From Bacteroidales bacterium (lineage in GTDB: Bacteria > Bacteroidota > Bacteroidia > Bacteroidales > UBA10428), in NCBI GenBank assembly GCA_046481675.1, contig JAWOJJ010000147.1, forward strand, positions 16,842 through 80,841: a stretch of 64,000 bases of DNA, written 5' to 3'. Under the pieces are notes generated by a model. That model did not search any database, was not told where the DNA came from, and was given only the letters and a program-made list of their open reading frames with translations. Positions within the stretch are counted from its first letter, which is position 1, and each line of letters opens with the position of its first letter. Shown here one piece after another: positions 1 to 10,223 of this stretch. The position numbers and the translations under genes are program-made.

Positions 1-403
1 TGGAGGCATAAATTCCATCACCTTTTACGATACAAGTATAGGGAATATTTCGGAATGGAAAGAAACGGTTTCCGTCTACCAGTATATGAGCAGGGCAAAC
101 GGACAACTGGTCCAGTGCCTGATGCATAGCCAGGATGGAGGCACGCAGGATATTCAATTCATCAATTTTCAGGTTATCAACCTGTGCTACCGCCCAGGCA
201 ATCGCGTGATTTTCTATTTCAGTCCTGAGTTTTTCCCTGATCCGGGGAGAAAGCTTCTTGGAATCATTCAGCAGGGGATGATGATAGTCTTCCGGCAGAA
301 TTACCGAAGCTGCAAAAACCGGTCCGGCAAGACACCCGCGTCCGGCTTCATCACACCCTGCTTCAGGTATCCCGGGTGTATGAAAACTTTTAAGCATACG
401 CAT
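1..403 (-). CDS. rnhB: Ribonuclease HII, C-terminal part cut by window edge
   Basis: Not in the ORF track because it has no stop in the window. Hand translation of the minus strand from the ATG at 403..401 gives MRMLKSFHTPGIPEAGCDEAGRGCLAGPVFAASVILPEDYHHPLLNDSKKLSPRIREKL...ILVDGN. The DEAGRG and DSKKL motifs are RNase HII hallmarks. The + ORF 86..451 is its antisense shadow. Confidence 0.85.
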   Translation of the reverse strand, partial: MRMLKSFHTPGIPEAGCDEAGRGCLAGPVFAASVILPEDYHHPLLNDSKKLSPRIREKLRTEIENHAIAWAVAQVDNLKIDELNILRASILAMHQALDQLSVCPAHILVDGNRFFPFRNIPYTCIVKGDGIYAS

Positions 404-472
404 AATGACGGATTGTGCTTTCAGTATTTGCAAAACTTTCTACTTTTGTAAAGAAAACAATTTTCGACAGCT

Positions 473-1915
473 TTGAAAAGGAAATTTGTCACTAATCTTG
501 CCCTTCTTTTATTACTGAACCTGCTGATCAAGCCCATCTATGCATTTGGCATTGATGTGGGGGTTCAGAATGCAGTTGGCGCAAGTGAATACGGCAATTA
601 CTTTATTCTGCTGAACTTTTCCATTATTTTTCAGATCTTGCTCGATCTGGGCATTGAGAATTTCAGCCGGCGTGAGATTGCAAGGCACAGCCAGCTGCTT
701 AATAAGTACTTTTCCAACATTCTTCCGCTGAAGTTGCTGCTCGGAGCGCTGTACTTTCTGGTGTGTTCTGCCGCCGGATATTTCATGGGCTGGCAGGCAC
801 ATGAATTCAAAATCCTGCTGGTGCTCATGTTGAATCAGTTCCTGGCAAGTTTCATCCTTTATCTGAGGGCTAATTTGGGAGGGATGCACCTTTTTGGAGC
901 TGATAGTATTGTGTCGGTAATTGACCGGTTTGTGGTTATCGTGATTTGCGGGTTCCTGTTACTCGATCCGGTTACCCGAAGTGTCTTCCGGATTGAATGG
1001 CTGGTTTTTTCACAAACTGCCGCCTATCTGATAGGTGCCAGTTTTGCCTTTTCTCTGGTTTTTTCAAAAACCGACACGGTCAGGTTCCGTTTTGACCTCA
1101 GGTATTATAAAACCATATTGCTGAAAACAATGCCTTATGCCATGCTTATTCTGCTCATGGCCATTTACCTCAGAATTGATTCGGTTTTACTTGGGAAGTT
1201 GCTGGATGACGGTAAAATACAAGCCGGAATATATGCACAGAGTTTCAGGGTTATTGAAATACTCTCCAATTACGGATATCTTTTCACAGTGATCCTGCTT
1301 CCTGTATTTTCAAAAATGATCAAACAGGGCGAGTCTGTAAGACACCTCACCCGTTTGTCGTTTACCTTACTGATTGTGCCGGCCATCATCATCACCTTCG
1401 GATGCATCAGTTTCCGGATGGAAATTATGAACACCCTTTATCAGGAACATATTCAAAGTTCATCCCGGATTTTGGGTATCCATGCTTTCAGCTTCCTGGG
1501 AATCTGTATCACGTATATTTTTGGCACCCTGCTTACGGCTAACGGAAGCCTGAAGCATCTCAACACCATGGCCATATTGGCCGTAATTCTCAATATTACG
1601 CTGAACATATTGTTGATCAAAAGATTTGGAATTACCGGTGCTGCTGTAGCCAATGCCAGCACACAAGTTTTTACCGCCATATACCAGATTGTACTCACCA
1701 AACGGATATTCAGATTCAAAACCGATTTCGGGCTGCTGGCCAAACTTGCCCTGTTTGTAATTCTGATGGTTGCCGGCAGTATGCTTTCGGCCAACCTCAA
1801 CATGGCCTGGTATTATTCATTTGGCATTTATGTTCTGGGCGGAACTTTGTTGTCATTTGCACTGGGCCTGATCAGGCTCAGGTCAATCTATGAGATTGTG
1901 CTGTACAACAGATGA
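473..1915 (+). CDS. Polysaccharide/oligosaccharide flippase-like membrane protein (MOP/Wzx-type)
   Basis: 480-aa ORF with a TTG start and hydrophobic helices along its whole length. Size and composition fit MOP-superfamily flippases. The call is by family resemblance only. Confidence 0.6.
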   Translation: MKRKFVTNLALLLLLNLLIKPIYAFGIDVGVQNAVGASEYGNYFILLNFSIIFQILLDLGIENFSRREIARHSQLLNKYFSNILPLKLLLGALYFLVCSAAGYFMGWQAHEFKILLVLMLNQFLASFILYLRANLGGMHLFGADSIVSVIDRFVVIVICGFLLLDPVTRSVFRIEWLVFSQTAAYLIGASFAFSLVFSKTDTVRFRFDLRYYKTILLKTMPYAMLILLMAIYLRIDSVLLGKLLDDGKIQAGIYAQSFRVIEILSNYGYLFTVILLPVFSKMIKQGESVRHLTRLSFTLLIVPAIIITFGCISFRMEIMNTLYQEHIQSSSRILGIHAFSFLGICITYIFGTLLTANGSLKHLNTMAILAVILNITLNILLIKRFGITGAAVANASTQVFTAIYQIVLTKRIFRFKTDFGLLAKLALFVILMVAGSMLSANLNMAWYYSFGIYVLGGTLLSFALGLIRLRSIYEIVLYNR

Positions 1916-2009
1916 AAAGAAAATCATTAATAATAACCTGGCGGCGGACACCCTATTTTGAAAAGCTTCGGTAATTCGGTAACTTTGTAACCTGATTGCG
2001 CTCATGCGT

Positions 2010-2750
2010 ATGAACCTGGTAATTGACATCGGAAACAGTCATATCAAGCTGGCCACTTTTAACGGCAAAGGCGATCTTGTTGAAAATTTCCGCAAGGAAA
2101 AAAGTGCTTTCCCCGAAATAATCAGCCTGATTGAAAAGATACCTGCCCAAAAAGCGATCATCTCAGCAGTTGGCCGGCTGGATCCGGAATACCGGGAGAT
2201 CTTTACAACAAGTTTTCATGAGCTGGTCTTCCTGGAAAAGAACACGCCCCTGCCTGTAAAAGTACTGTACAAATCCCCCGAAACACTGGGGCTCGACCGG
2301 ATTGCAGCAGCTGCAGGAGCGCACCGGATTTTCCCGGGTTTCTATGTACTGATTATCGATATGGGAACTGCAATTACCATTGACCTGCTGACACCCCGGG
2401 GAGAATTTCTTGGCGGCAATATTTCACCCGGCATGCATACCCGTTTCAGGGCGTTACATGATTTTACGACAAAGCTTCCAATGGTTGCGCCGGACAATAC
2501 CTTTCCGGAATTCGGAACCGATACAAGAACAGCCATTGTTGCCGGAGTTCAACAGGGAATCATCCATGAAATCGACCGGTATACAGACGCATACGAACAA
2601 CAATATCCCGGCTGCAAATTCATTATTACCGGCGGCGATTGCGGATTTTTTGTTTCCCGCTTAAAAAGATCCATATTTGCAAAACCGGAATTGGTACTTA
2701 CCGGACTTAATACCATTCTGGAATTCAATACATCCCGGAAAAAACAATGA
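2010..2750 (+). CDS. coaX: Type III pantothenate kinase
   Basis: N-terminus MNLVIDIGNSHIKLA plus the GGNISPG and IITGGD segments are typical of CoaX (ASKHA fold). ATG 2010 is preferred over ATG 2004. Confidence 0.85.
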   Translation: MNLVIDIGNSHIKLATFNGKGDLVENFRKEKSAFPEIISLIEKIPAQKAIISAVGRLDPEYREIFTTSFHELVFLEKNTPLPVKVLYKSPETLGLDRIAAAAGAHRIFPGFYVLIIDMGTAITIDLLTPRGEFLGGNISPGMHTRFRALHDFTTKLPMVAPDNTFPEFGTDTRTAIVAGVQQGIIHEIDRYTDAYEQQYPGCKFIITGGDCGFFVSRLKRSIFAKPELVLTGLNTILEFNTSRKKQ

Positions 2751-3352
2751 TGCTTTTCATACGGAAACATAAAAATGTATTGCTTGTCAGGCTGCTCATC
2801 CTGTTGGCCATCATCTGGCAAGTGACGGCCTGCAAAAATGATATTGAAACAGTTAACGCACTTACCAGCGAGCTTGAACTGCCTGATCTGTCGGGTTATA
2901 ACATTGAATTGACATTCACTGATTCGGGGATGCTCAAAGGAAGAATCACCGCACCCGAAGTGCATCAGTATCTGCGCGTGGAAGAACCTTATTATGAATT
3001 TCCCAAAGGGATGAAGACCGTTTTCTATGACGTTTCAGGGCAGCCAAAATCTTTCATTCAGGCAAAGTATGCCATATTCTACGAGAACCGTCAATTGTGG
3101 GAGGCCAGGAACCAGGTGGTTGCAGAATCACCTGCGGAAGGAAAAAAACTTGAAACAGAGCACATGTTCTGGAATCAGCGGGAGAAAATTGTATATTCGG
3201 AAAACTTTACCAAAATGACCAACCCCAACGGGGTTTTTACCGGAGAGTTCGGCTTCGAAGCCCGGGAAGACCTCAGTCATTGGGAATTGAAAGGCCTTAA
3301 AGGAAAGGTAAATGTGCCCGACCTGCAACCTGAAACCCCAACAGATCAGTAA
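2747..3352 (+). CDS. LptC-like periplasmic LPS-export protein (putative lipoprotein)
   Basis: 201 aa with an N-terminal hydrophobic segment ending in Cys (LLAIIWQVTAC) and an ATGA overlap with coaX. Its position between coaX and the CBS-hemolysin gene matches a conserved Bacteroidota arrangement. The sequence-level call is weak. Confidence 0.5.
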   Translation: MMLFIRKHKNVLLVRLLILLAIIWQVTACKNDIETVNALTSELELPDLSGYNIELTFTDSGMLKGRITAPEVHQYLRVEEPYYEFPKGMKTVFYDVSGQPKSFIQAKYAIFYENRQLWEARNQVVAESPAEGKKLETEHMFWNQREKIVYSENFTKMTNPNGVFTGEFGFEAREDLSHWELKGLKGKVNVPDLQPETPTDQ

Positions 3353-3369
3353 TTGATGCAAGTTATTAT

Positions 3370-4635
3370 ATGAGCCAATTGCTATTTATCATTGCCATGC
3401 TGATGCTTGCCGCTTTTTTTGCAAGCATGGAAATTGCATTTCTGGCGTCGAATAAACTCAGGCTCCAGCTGGAACGCAAACAGGGATTACTGTCTTCAAA
3501 AATCATAGGCATTTTCCAGGATTATTCAGGACAATATATAGCCACCATACAACTTGGTAACAACATTGCCATTGTTACATATGGTATTTTCATTTCGCGT
3601 TGGCTTGATCCGTTTTTCAGCAGTTTTATCAACTCCGAAACCGGGGTGATGGTTGTTCAAACCTTATTATCAACTCTGATTGTTCTGTTGCTGGCTGAAT
3701 TTCTGCCCAAGGCACTGGTAAGGATCAATCCCAACTTTGCCCTGCGTCTCATGTCGTTTCCCCTGTTGTTGTTTTTTATCATACTGTATCCCGTGAGCCT
3801 GGCAATTCACAGGCTGTCGAACCTCATTCTGAAAGCGATTGTAAGGACCGATTCAACTGACCAGTATGACCAGGTGGTTTTTGGGAAAGTCGACCTGCAC
3901 CACCTGATTGATGAAAGCCAGGATATTAAAGGCGGGAACCAGAATGAAGACATGGCTGAAATCAAGCTGTTTCAGAATGCCCTGGAGTTTTCCAATGTCA
4001 AAGTCAGGGATTGCATGATTCCCCGTACGGAAATGGTTGCAGCAAACGTTGGGGATTCTATTGAGGCCCTGCGTCAGAAGTTCATCGACAGCGGTTTCTC
4101 AAAAGTGCTCATTTACGAGAAGAATATTGACAATATTGTTGGCTATGTTACTTCAAAGGGGTTATTTAAAAACCCAACCGATATCAAATCCATGATGATG
4201 GAAATTCCTTTTGTCCCCGAAACCATGAAAGCCAACAAGCTGCTCAAAAAATTCATCCAGGAACACAAGAGCATTGCCGTGGTTGTGGATGAGTTCGGGG
4301 GTATTTCAGGTATGCTTACCATTGAGGACATCATGGAAGAAATATTCGGCGAGATTGATGATGAACATGATGTTGATGAGTTTGTTGAGAAAAACCCGGA
4401 AAAGGGACATTATATCTTTTCAGGGCGCCTTGAAATTGATTATCTGAATGAAACCTACAACCTGGGCCTGCCCGAGTCAGAAGAATATGACACCCTGGCA
4501 GGATATATTATTTTTTCAAACCAGAACATCCCCAAAGTAAATGACAAGATCATTGCCGGCAATTACGAATTCCGGGTTCTCAAAGTAAGCCGCACCCGCA
4601 TTGAGCTTGTCCAGATGATAACCCTTCAGGAATAA
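3370..4635 (+). CDS. Hemolysin-family protein (DUF21/CNNM TM domain + CBS pair + CorC_HlyC domain)
   Basis: 421 aa with four N-terminal TM helices, a central CBS-pair region and a C-terminal segment (GRLEIDYLNE...YEFRVLKVSRTRIELVQM) like the CorC/HlyC transporter-associated domain. Confidence 0.8.
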   Translation: MSQLLFIIAMLMLAAFFASMEIAFLASNKLRLQLERKQGLLSSKIIGIFQDYSGQYIATIQLGNNIAIVTYGIFISRWLDPFFSSFINSETGVMVVQTLLSTLIVLLLAEFLPKALVRINPNFALRLMSFPLLLFFIILYPVSLAIHRLSNLILKAIVRTDSTDQYDQVVFGKVDLHHLIDESQDIKGGNQNEDMAEIKLFQNALEFSNVKVRDCMIPRTEMVAANVGDSIEALRQKFIDSGFSKVLIYEKNIDNIVGYVTSKGLFKNPTDIKSMMMEIPFVPETMKANKLLKKFIQEHKSIAVVVDEFGGISGMLTIEDIMEEIFGEIDDEHDVDEFVEKNPEKGHYIFSGRLEIDYLNETYNLGLPESEEYDTLAGYIIFSNQNIPKVNDKIIAGNYEFRVLKVSRTRIELVQMITLQE

Positions 4636-4761
4636 AGTTGTTGAATGCCAACAAGCCGCATGTGGGTCAATCTTCTAATTTTTACTTTTCATTCTTTATA
4701 AATAAGATTAATTGCTATATTCGTACCCGATTTTTTTGAACATTATAACAGAAGTTACTAC

Positions 4762-6876
4762 ATGGCAATTCTAGAAAAATTGAGAGTCAGAGCCGGCTTT
4801 TTGCTGGCTATTGTAATAGGTTTGGCATTACTTGCATTCGTTTTAAGTGATTTTCTTGATTCGAGCGGATCTCTTTTTACCAGCTCGAAATTTGAAATAG
4901 CTGAAGTTTCGGGAAAATCTGTTCCTTACACAGAATACGAAACCAAGGTACAGGAACTGGTGGATATTCAGAAAATCCAGAGCGGACAGGAAAGCCTGAA
5001 TGAAGAAACTGTTGACCAGATCAGATCAGTTACCTGGGAGAACATGATCCAGGACATGCTGCTGGAAAAACAGTATGCCAAACTCGGAATTGATGTTTCC
5101 GATGAAGAACTTGGGAACATGATCCAGGGTGAGAATCCCCATCCTTTCATCTCTCAGATTTTCACTGACCCGCAAACGGGCATACTCAACCGGCAGGCAT
5201 TACACGCCTTTTTGCAGCGTATTAGAGACGATGAGGTTGCCAGTGATGAAACCAGGTTTTATCTTTACGTGGAAAACGAAATTTACCGGCAACGTAAAAA
5301 TCTCAAATACAACAACCTGATAAGAAAGGGCCTTTACGCTACAAAATTCGAAACTGAAAGGCAGAATAGCGAGAATTCGCGTACTGCTGATTTGAATTTT
5401 ATTGTTCAGCGCTTCAGCATGATTTCTGATTCAGCCATCCGGGTTTCTGGGAGTGATATCAGCAAATATTATAAGGAGCACCTCAACCAGTTCAAACAAG
5501 AGGAATCCAGGGACATTCGTTATGTAAGTTTTGAAGTTGTTCCTTCCGAGGCCGACTTTCAGGCTGCCGAACAATGGATTAACCAGATCAGGCCTGAGTT
5601 TGAAGCTGCCGAAGACATTGAAAACTTTGTCACCATGGAATCTGATCTTTCCTTTGATGAAAAAAATTATGGTGCAGGAGAATTGCCCGATACGCTGAAT
5701 GACATGTTGTTTAATGCGGCCAAAGGCGCTTCCTTCGGTCCCTACTTCATGGATAATTCCTACCGGATTTCACGGCTTGCCGCCGTCAACTATCTGCCCG
5801 ATTCGGTTAAAGCCCGCCATATTCTACTGAGAGCTCAACAGGCAAATGCGGAACAACTTTTCAAATTAGCCGACAGCCTGGTAAACCTGATCAAAGGAGG
5901 AAGCGATTTTAGCATGCTGGCCATGCTTTACTCCGGTGACGGCTCAGCACAGAGCGGAGGCGACCTGGGTTGGTTTAAGGATGGTGCTATGGTGAAACCA
6001 TTTAATGACACCTGTTTCCTTGGTAAAAGGGGGGATGTGAAGAAAGTGGTCACGCAATACGGCATTCATGTTGTTCAGATTCTTGATCAGTCGAAACCTT
6101 CCAGAAAAGTTCAGATAGGCACCCTGGTGAAAAATGTAATAGCCAGTGAAGAAACCGACCATGGTTATTATATACAGGCAAACGAATTCGCCGGCAAGAA
6201 CGATACCTACGAAAAATTCATGAAAGCTGTGGAAGAACAGAAACTCAGCCGCAACATGCAGGTGGCGTTGAACCTGGCTCCCATGGACAAGCGCGTTAAC
6301 GACCTTCAGCAGGCAAGGCAACTTGTCAGCTGGGCATACAAAGCTGAAGAAAAAGATGTCTCCTCAGTATTTGATCTGGGCAACAGGTATGTTGTTGCCA
6401 CTGTTGAGAAAGTCAGAGAAGAAGGCCCTGCTCCTTTAGCCGACGTGAAGGTTGATGTTGAGAACAGGGTCAGACAACAGAAGAAAGCAGAACAGCTGAG
6501 TGCAAAGATTAGTGAGAAAAAAGCAGCAGCTAAAACCATCGAAGACCTGGGCAGGTCATTAGGCGCTCAGGTTGAACCGGTAAGCGGTATCAGGTTTACG
6601 TCTAATACCCTCGGAACAGCAGGTATTGAACCCAATGTAATTGCCGCTGCTATGGCCATGCAAAAGGGCACCCTCTCGGAACCCATTACCGGAGAAAACG
6701 GCGTATATGTTCTTTTTGTAAACAACATCACCGAACCGGCTGTATCAGACATCCAAACAACTGCTGTTGCACGGAACTTTGTGGAACGCAATTATGCTGC
6801 CAGGGCCAACTACTTTGCCTATGAAGCACTCAAGGACCTGGCCAGGGTAATAGACAACCGCAGGGAATTCTATTAA
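4762..6876 (+). CDS. Periplasmic peptidyl-prolyl isomerase / chaperone, PpiD/SurA-like
   Basis: 704 aa with a single N-terminal membrane anchor, a SurA-N-like region and a parvulin-type segment (ARHILL...GGDLGWF...YGIHVVQI). Confidence 0.75.
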   Translation: MAILEKLRVRAGFLLAIVIGLALLAFVLSDFLDSSGSLFTSSKFEIAEVSGKSVPYTEYETKVQELVDIQKIQSGQESLNEETVDQIRSVTWENMIQDMLLEKQYAKLGIDVSDEELGNMIQGENPHPFISQIFTDPQTGILNRQALHAFLQRIRDDEVASDETRFYLYVENEIYRQRKNLKYNNLIRKGLYATKFETERQNSENSRTADLNFIVQRFSMISDSAIRVSGSDISKYYKEHLNQFKQEESRDIRYVSFEVVPSEADFQAAEQWINQIRPEFEAAEDIENFVTMESDLSFDEKNYGAGELPDTLNDMLFNAAKGASFGPYFMDNSYRISRLAAVNYLPDSVKARHILLRAQQANAEQLFKLADSLVNLIKGGSDFSMLAMLYSGDGSAQSGGDLGWFKDGAMVKPFNDTCFLGKRGDVKKVVTQYGIHVVQILDQSKPSRKVQIGTLVKNVIASEETDHGYYIQANEFAGKNDTYEKFMKAVEEQKLSRNMQVALNLAPMDKRVNDLQQARQLVSWAYKAEEKDVSSVFDLGNRYVVATVEKVREEGPAPLADVKVDVENRVRQQKKAEQLSAKISEKKAAAKTIEDLGRSLGAQVEPVSGIRFTSNTLGTAGIEPNVIAAAMAMQKGTLSEPITGENGVYVLFVNNITEPAVSDIQTTAVARNFVERNYAARANYFAYEALKDLARVIDNRREFY

Positions 6877-6901
6877 CAAGGCCCTTCCTTCTTAGTAAAG
6901 A

Positions 6902-6945
6902 AACACCTGTCAACAGCGTTTGTGCTTGTGGCAGGTGTTTTTTTG
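6902..6945 (+). terminator. Rho-independent terminator after the PpiD-like gene
   Basis: ACACCTG...CAGGTGT stem followed by a T7 run, 26 nt after the stop codon. Confidence 0.6.
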
Positions 6946-7034
6946 TTCCCGTTTGATGCAACAGCATATTCCTGCCAAAGGTCATTTTTTTTGACTTCTG
7001 TTTTAGATTAACTTAGTTGATCTATAACTTCTTT

Positions 7035-7982
7035 ATGGAAAGAATACTGATCATTGGTGCAGCAGGGCAAATCGGGTCGGAACTTACCCTGGAGCTCAGG
7101 AAAATTTACGGCGATTCCAATGTCTTTGCCACCGACGTTAAGGATGCTCCGGCCGATATTAAGGAGAGCGGTCCTTTTCAGCTGCTCGACGTGATGGACG
7201 ACAAGCATCTGATCCATTTTGTAATCCGCAACAAGATCACGCAAATTTACCATCTGGCAGCAGTGTTATCTGGAAATGCCGAGAAGCTTCCCACCCAGGC
7301 CTGGCATATCAATATGGACAGCCTGATGAATATACTTGAAGTGGCCAAACTGGTTGAAGATGTCAGGAAGGTTTTCTGGCCCAGCTCGATTGCCGTGTTT
7401 GGAAATTCCACCCCAAAAACCGGCACCCCCCAACTGACCGTTATGGAACCCTCAACCGTTTATGGAATCAGCAAGCTTGCCGGAGAGCGATGGTGTGAGT
7501 ACTATCATAAAAAATACGACATTGATATCCGGAGTTTGCGTTATCCGGGTTTGATCAGCTATAAAACAGAACCGGGAGGAGGAACTACCGACTGGGCTGT
7601 TGAGATTTATTTTGAAGCCGTTCGGAAAAAAAATTACAATTGCTTCCTGAGTGAAGACGTTTCGCTTCCCATGATGTTCATGGAAGATGCCATTAACGCA
7701 ACCATTAAGCTGATGGAAACCGACAAGGCCAACCTGTCCTGTCATTCTTCTTACAACATCACGGGACCAAGTCTGACACCACGCCAGGTTGCTGTTGACA
7801 TCCGCAGGCACATTCCGGGTTTCGATATCACCTATCGTCCTGATTTCAGACAATCCATTGCCGAGAGCTGGCCCAGCAGCATTGACGACAGTGAGCTGCG
7901 CACCAGTATTGTTTGGAAACCCAGGTTTGATTTGCATCAAATCACAGACAGGATGATTTCAGAAATCAGGAATAAGGTTTAA
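7035..7982 (+). CDS. tdh: L-threonine 3-dehydrogenase, extended-SDR (epimerase-like) type
   Basis: Rossmann motif IIGAAGQIGSEL and YxxxK (YGISKLAGE). It lies directly upstream of kbl, the classical Tdh-Kbl pair. ATG 7035 is preferred over TTG 7017. Confidence 0.75.
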   Translation: MERILIIGAAGQIGSELTLELRKIYGDSNVFATDVKDAPADIKESGPFQLLDVMDDKHLIHFVIRNKITQIYHLAAVLSGNAEKLPTQAWHINMDSLMNILEVAKLVEDVRKVFWPSSIAVFGNSTPKTGTPQLTVMEPSTVYGISKLAGERWCEYYHKKYDIDIRSLRYPGLISYKTEPGGGTTDWAVEIYFEAVRKKNYNCFLSEDVSLPMMFMEDAINATIKLMETDKANLSCHSSYNITGPSLTPRQVAVDIRRHIPGFDITYRPDFRQSIAESWPSSIDDSELRTSIVWKPRFDLHQITDRMISEIRNKV

Positions 7983-8023
7983 AATGATTCAATTATTTCC
8001 AGTTTTGAATAATACAACCGATT

Positions 8024-9211
8024 ATGTACGGAAAAGTAAAACTCCATCTCCAGCAGGAACTGAAGGCTATTGCTGATGCAGGCCTTTTTAAAAACGAAAG
8101 AATAATCACATCACCGCAGGATGCGTTAATCAAACTTGACAACGGGAAGGAAGTGCTGAATTTCTGTGCCAACAATTACCTGGGCTTGTCATCACACCCG
8201 GCATTGATTGAGGCTGCGCATGAAACCCTCAACACGCATGGTTTCGGAATGTCGTCAGTAAGATTCATCTGTGGAACAACCAATTTGCATAAGAAGCTGG
8301 AAGAAAAGATTGCCCGGTTTTTCGGTACAGAGGATACCATTTTGTACGCAGCCTGTTTTGATGCGAACGGAGGAGTATTTGAGCCCCTTTTTGGTGAAGA
8401 GGATGCCATCATCTCCGATTCGTTGAATCACGCTTCGATTATTGACGGAGTAAGGCTTTGCAAGGCGCAACGATTCCGTTATGCCAATGCCGATATGGCA
8501 GATCTGGAAGAACAGCTGAAAAAAGCAGCATCATGCCGGTTCCGCATTATTGTAACCGACGGGGTATTCAGTATGGATGGCAATGTTGCCCCTGTGGACA
8601 AGATCTGCAGGCTGGCAGAAAAATATGATGCGCTTGTGATGGTGGACGAATGCCATTCGGCCGGAGTTGTGGGAAATACAGGCAGGGGTGTTACTGAATT
8701 GTATAACATACGCGGCCAGGTGGACATCATTACGGGCACCCTGGGAAAGGCTTTTGGCGGCGCCATCGGAGGTTTCACAACCGGCCGTAAAGAGATAATA
8801 GAAATGTTGCGGCAGCGCTCCCGGCCTTACCTGTTCTCAAATTCAATACCACCTGCCATTGTAGGGGCCGGCATTGCCCTGTTCGACATGATGGATGTAA
8901 CAACGGAAATGCAGGACCGGTTGCATCAGAACACAGATTTTTTCAGGGAAGAAATTGTCAGAGCGGGGTTTACCATCAAGCCCTCAAAAAGCGCCATTGT
9001 AGCCATCATGCTTTATGATGCACGTCTTTCGCAGGATTTTGCAGCTGCCCTGCTCGAAGAAGGCATCTATGTGATCGGTTTCTACTATCCGGTGGTTCCC
9101 AAAGGTGAAGCACGGATCAGGGTTCAGCTTTCTGCGGCACACACCCGTGAAAATCTGGAACAAGCCATTAAAGCATTTGTTAAAGTAGGTAAAAAGCTGC
9201 AGGTTATCTAA
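8024..9211 (+). CDS. kbl: Glycine C-acetyltransferase (2-amino-3-ketobutyrate CoA ligase)
   Basis: 395-aa alpha-oxoamine synthase family with NNYLGL, DECHS and TLGKAFGG (PLP lysine) segments. Confidence 0.9.
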   Translation: MYGKVKLHLQQELKAIADAGLFKNERIITSPQDALIKLDNGKEVLNFCANNYLGLSSHPALIEAAHETLNTHGFGMSSVRFICGTTNLHKKLEEKIARFFGTEDTILYAACFDANGGVFEPLFGEEDAIISDSLNHASIIDGVRLCKAQRFRYANADMADLEEQLKKAASCRFRIIVTDGVFSMDGNVAPVDKICRLAEKYDALVMVDECHSAGVVGNTGRGVTELYNIRGQVDIITGTLGKAFGGAIGGFTTGRKEIIEMLRQRSRPYLFSNSIPPAIVGAGIALFDMMDVTTEMQDRLHQNTDFFREEIVRAGFTIKPSKSAIVAIMLYDARLSQDFAAALLEEGIYVIGFYYPVVPKGEARIRVQLSAAHTRENLEQAIKAFVKVGKKLQVI

Positions 9212-10029
9212 AGGCCCCTGGCCATCAGGTAGGCAACAGCAACCGGCATTACAAACAGAACCGAATCAATCCGGTCGAGTATGCCTCCATGCCCGGGTAT
9301 CAGGGTTCCCGAATCCTTCCGGTCAGCTTTTCTTTTGATGAGTGATTCCACCAGGTCGCCAAATACCCCGAATACCGATACTGCAACCGCCAGCACCAGC
9401 CAGTCGCTGATTGTGAGCATACCCATAATCCTGCTCATAAAAAATGCAGCTGCCACAGTAAACAGCGTGCCCCCGATTAAACCCTCCCACGATTTCTTTG
9501 GGGAAATACGCGGGAATAATTTATGCCTTCCGAAGGTTGACCCTGTTACATAGGCCCCCGTATCATTAATCCATACCAGGGTGAGGATGCCCAGCACAAT
9601 CCTGTGCGTATAAATATTGGAGTTGACAGCAGGAAATGCCAGATAAATCATGATACAGAGCGGGGCAATGATGTACACCAAACCCAGAAAAACTTTTGAT
9701 ACATCATCAGGCATACTGCCAGCCGGCTGATACAGGGCATAAACCATCAATAAAACAGGAATTACAGCAGTTACAGGCAGGTACCTGTATTCCAGAAACC
9801 CTGAAACAGTTAAAAAAACCACCGTATAAGCTACGGCCCCGGCAATTAAGCCCGGCAATGCAAGCTTTGAGGAACGGCCAACACCTGTAAGATCATAAAA
9901 CTCGGAAAGGGCAAGAATGCCGGCTGTGATAAAGACGATGCCGAAAGCAAATTTTCCCAGAAACAGGGAGCCTATCAGAATAATCAGGTAAACAATGCCC
10001 GAAATGGTTCGTTGAAATAAGTTTTTCAA
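9208..10029 (-). CDS. cdsA: Phosphatidate cytidylyltransferase
   Basis: Polytopic membrane protein with the C-terminal CDS signature SLIKRKADRKDSGTLIPGHGGILDRIDS. Confidence 0.85.
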   Translation of the reverse strand: MKNLFQRTISGIVYLIILIGSLFLGKFAFGIVFITAGILALSEFYDLTGVGRSSKLALPGLIAGAVAYTVVFLTVSGFLEYRYLPVTAVIPVLLMVYALYQPAGSMPDDVSKVFLGLVYIIAPLCIMIYLAFPAVNSNIYTHRIVLGILTLVWINDTGAYVTGSTFGRHKLFPRISPKKSWEGLIGGTLFTVAAAFFMSRIMGMLTISDWLVLAVAVSVFGVFGDLVESLIKRKADRKDSGTLIPGHGGILDRIDSVLFVMPVAVAYLMARGL

Positions 10030-10223
10030 GCTTCTAAATCTTTAAGCAGGTGTATTGCTTTGAGCAACATATCCTGTTTTACATATACTTCGATATCGCC
10101 GACAAGCAATACTGAATCAGCCTTATTCACAATATAGGAATCAATACCCGCATCGCCAAGCAGATTCACAGCAATTTCAGCAACATACTGCTTGTCTGCT
10201 GTAAATGCCACCACCCCATTCAT
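10026..10223 (-). CDS. Small conserved protein of unknown function (DUF2007-like)
   Basis: 65-aa ORF with 4-bp overlaps to both ftsH (upstream) and cdsA (downstream), implying translational coupling. No motif recognised. Confidence 0.35.
   Translation of the reverse strand: MNGVVAFTADKQYVAEIAVNLLGDAGIDSYIVNKADSVLLVGDIEVYVKQDMLLKAIHLLKDLEA

Noticed and set aside
86-451. 121-aa + strand ORF at the window start
   Set aside because: It is antisense to a clearly recognisable rnhB reading frame (DEAGRG, DSKKL motifs) on the minus strand, and its own sequence has no recognisable features.
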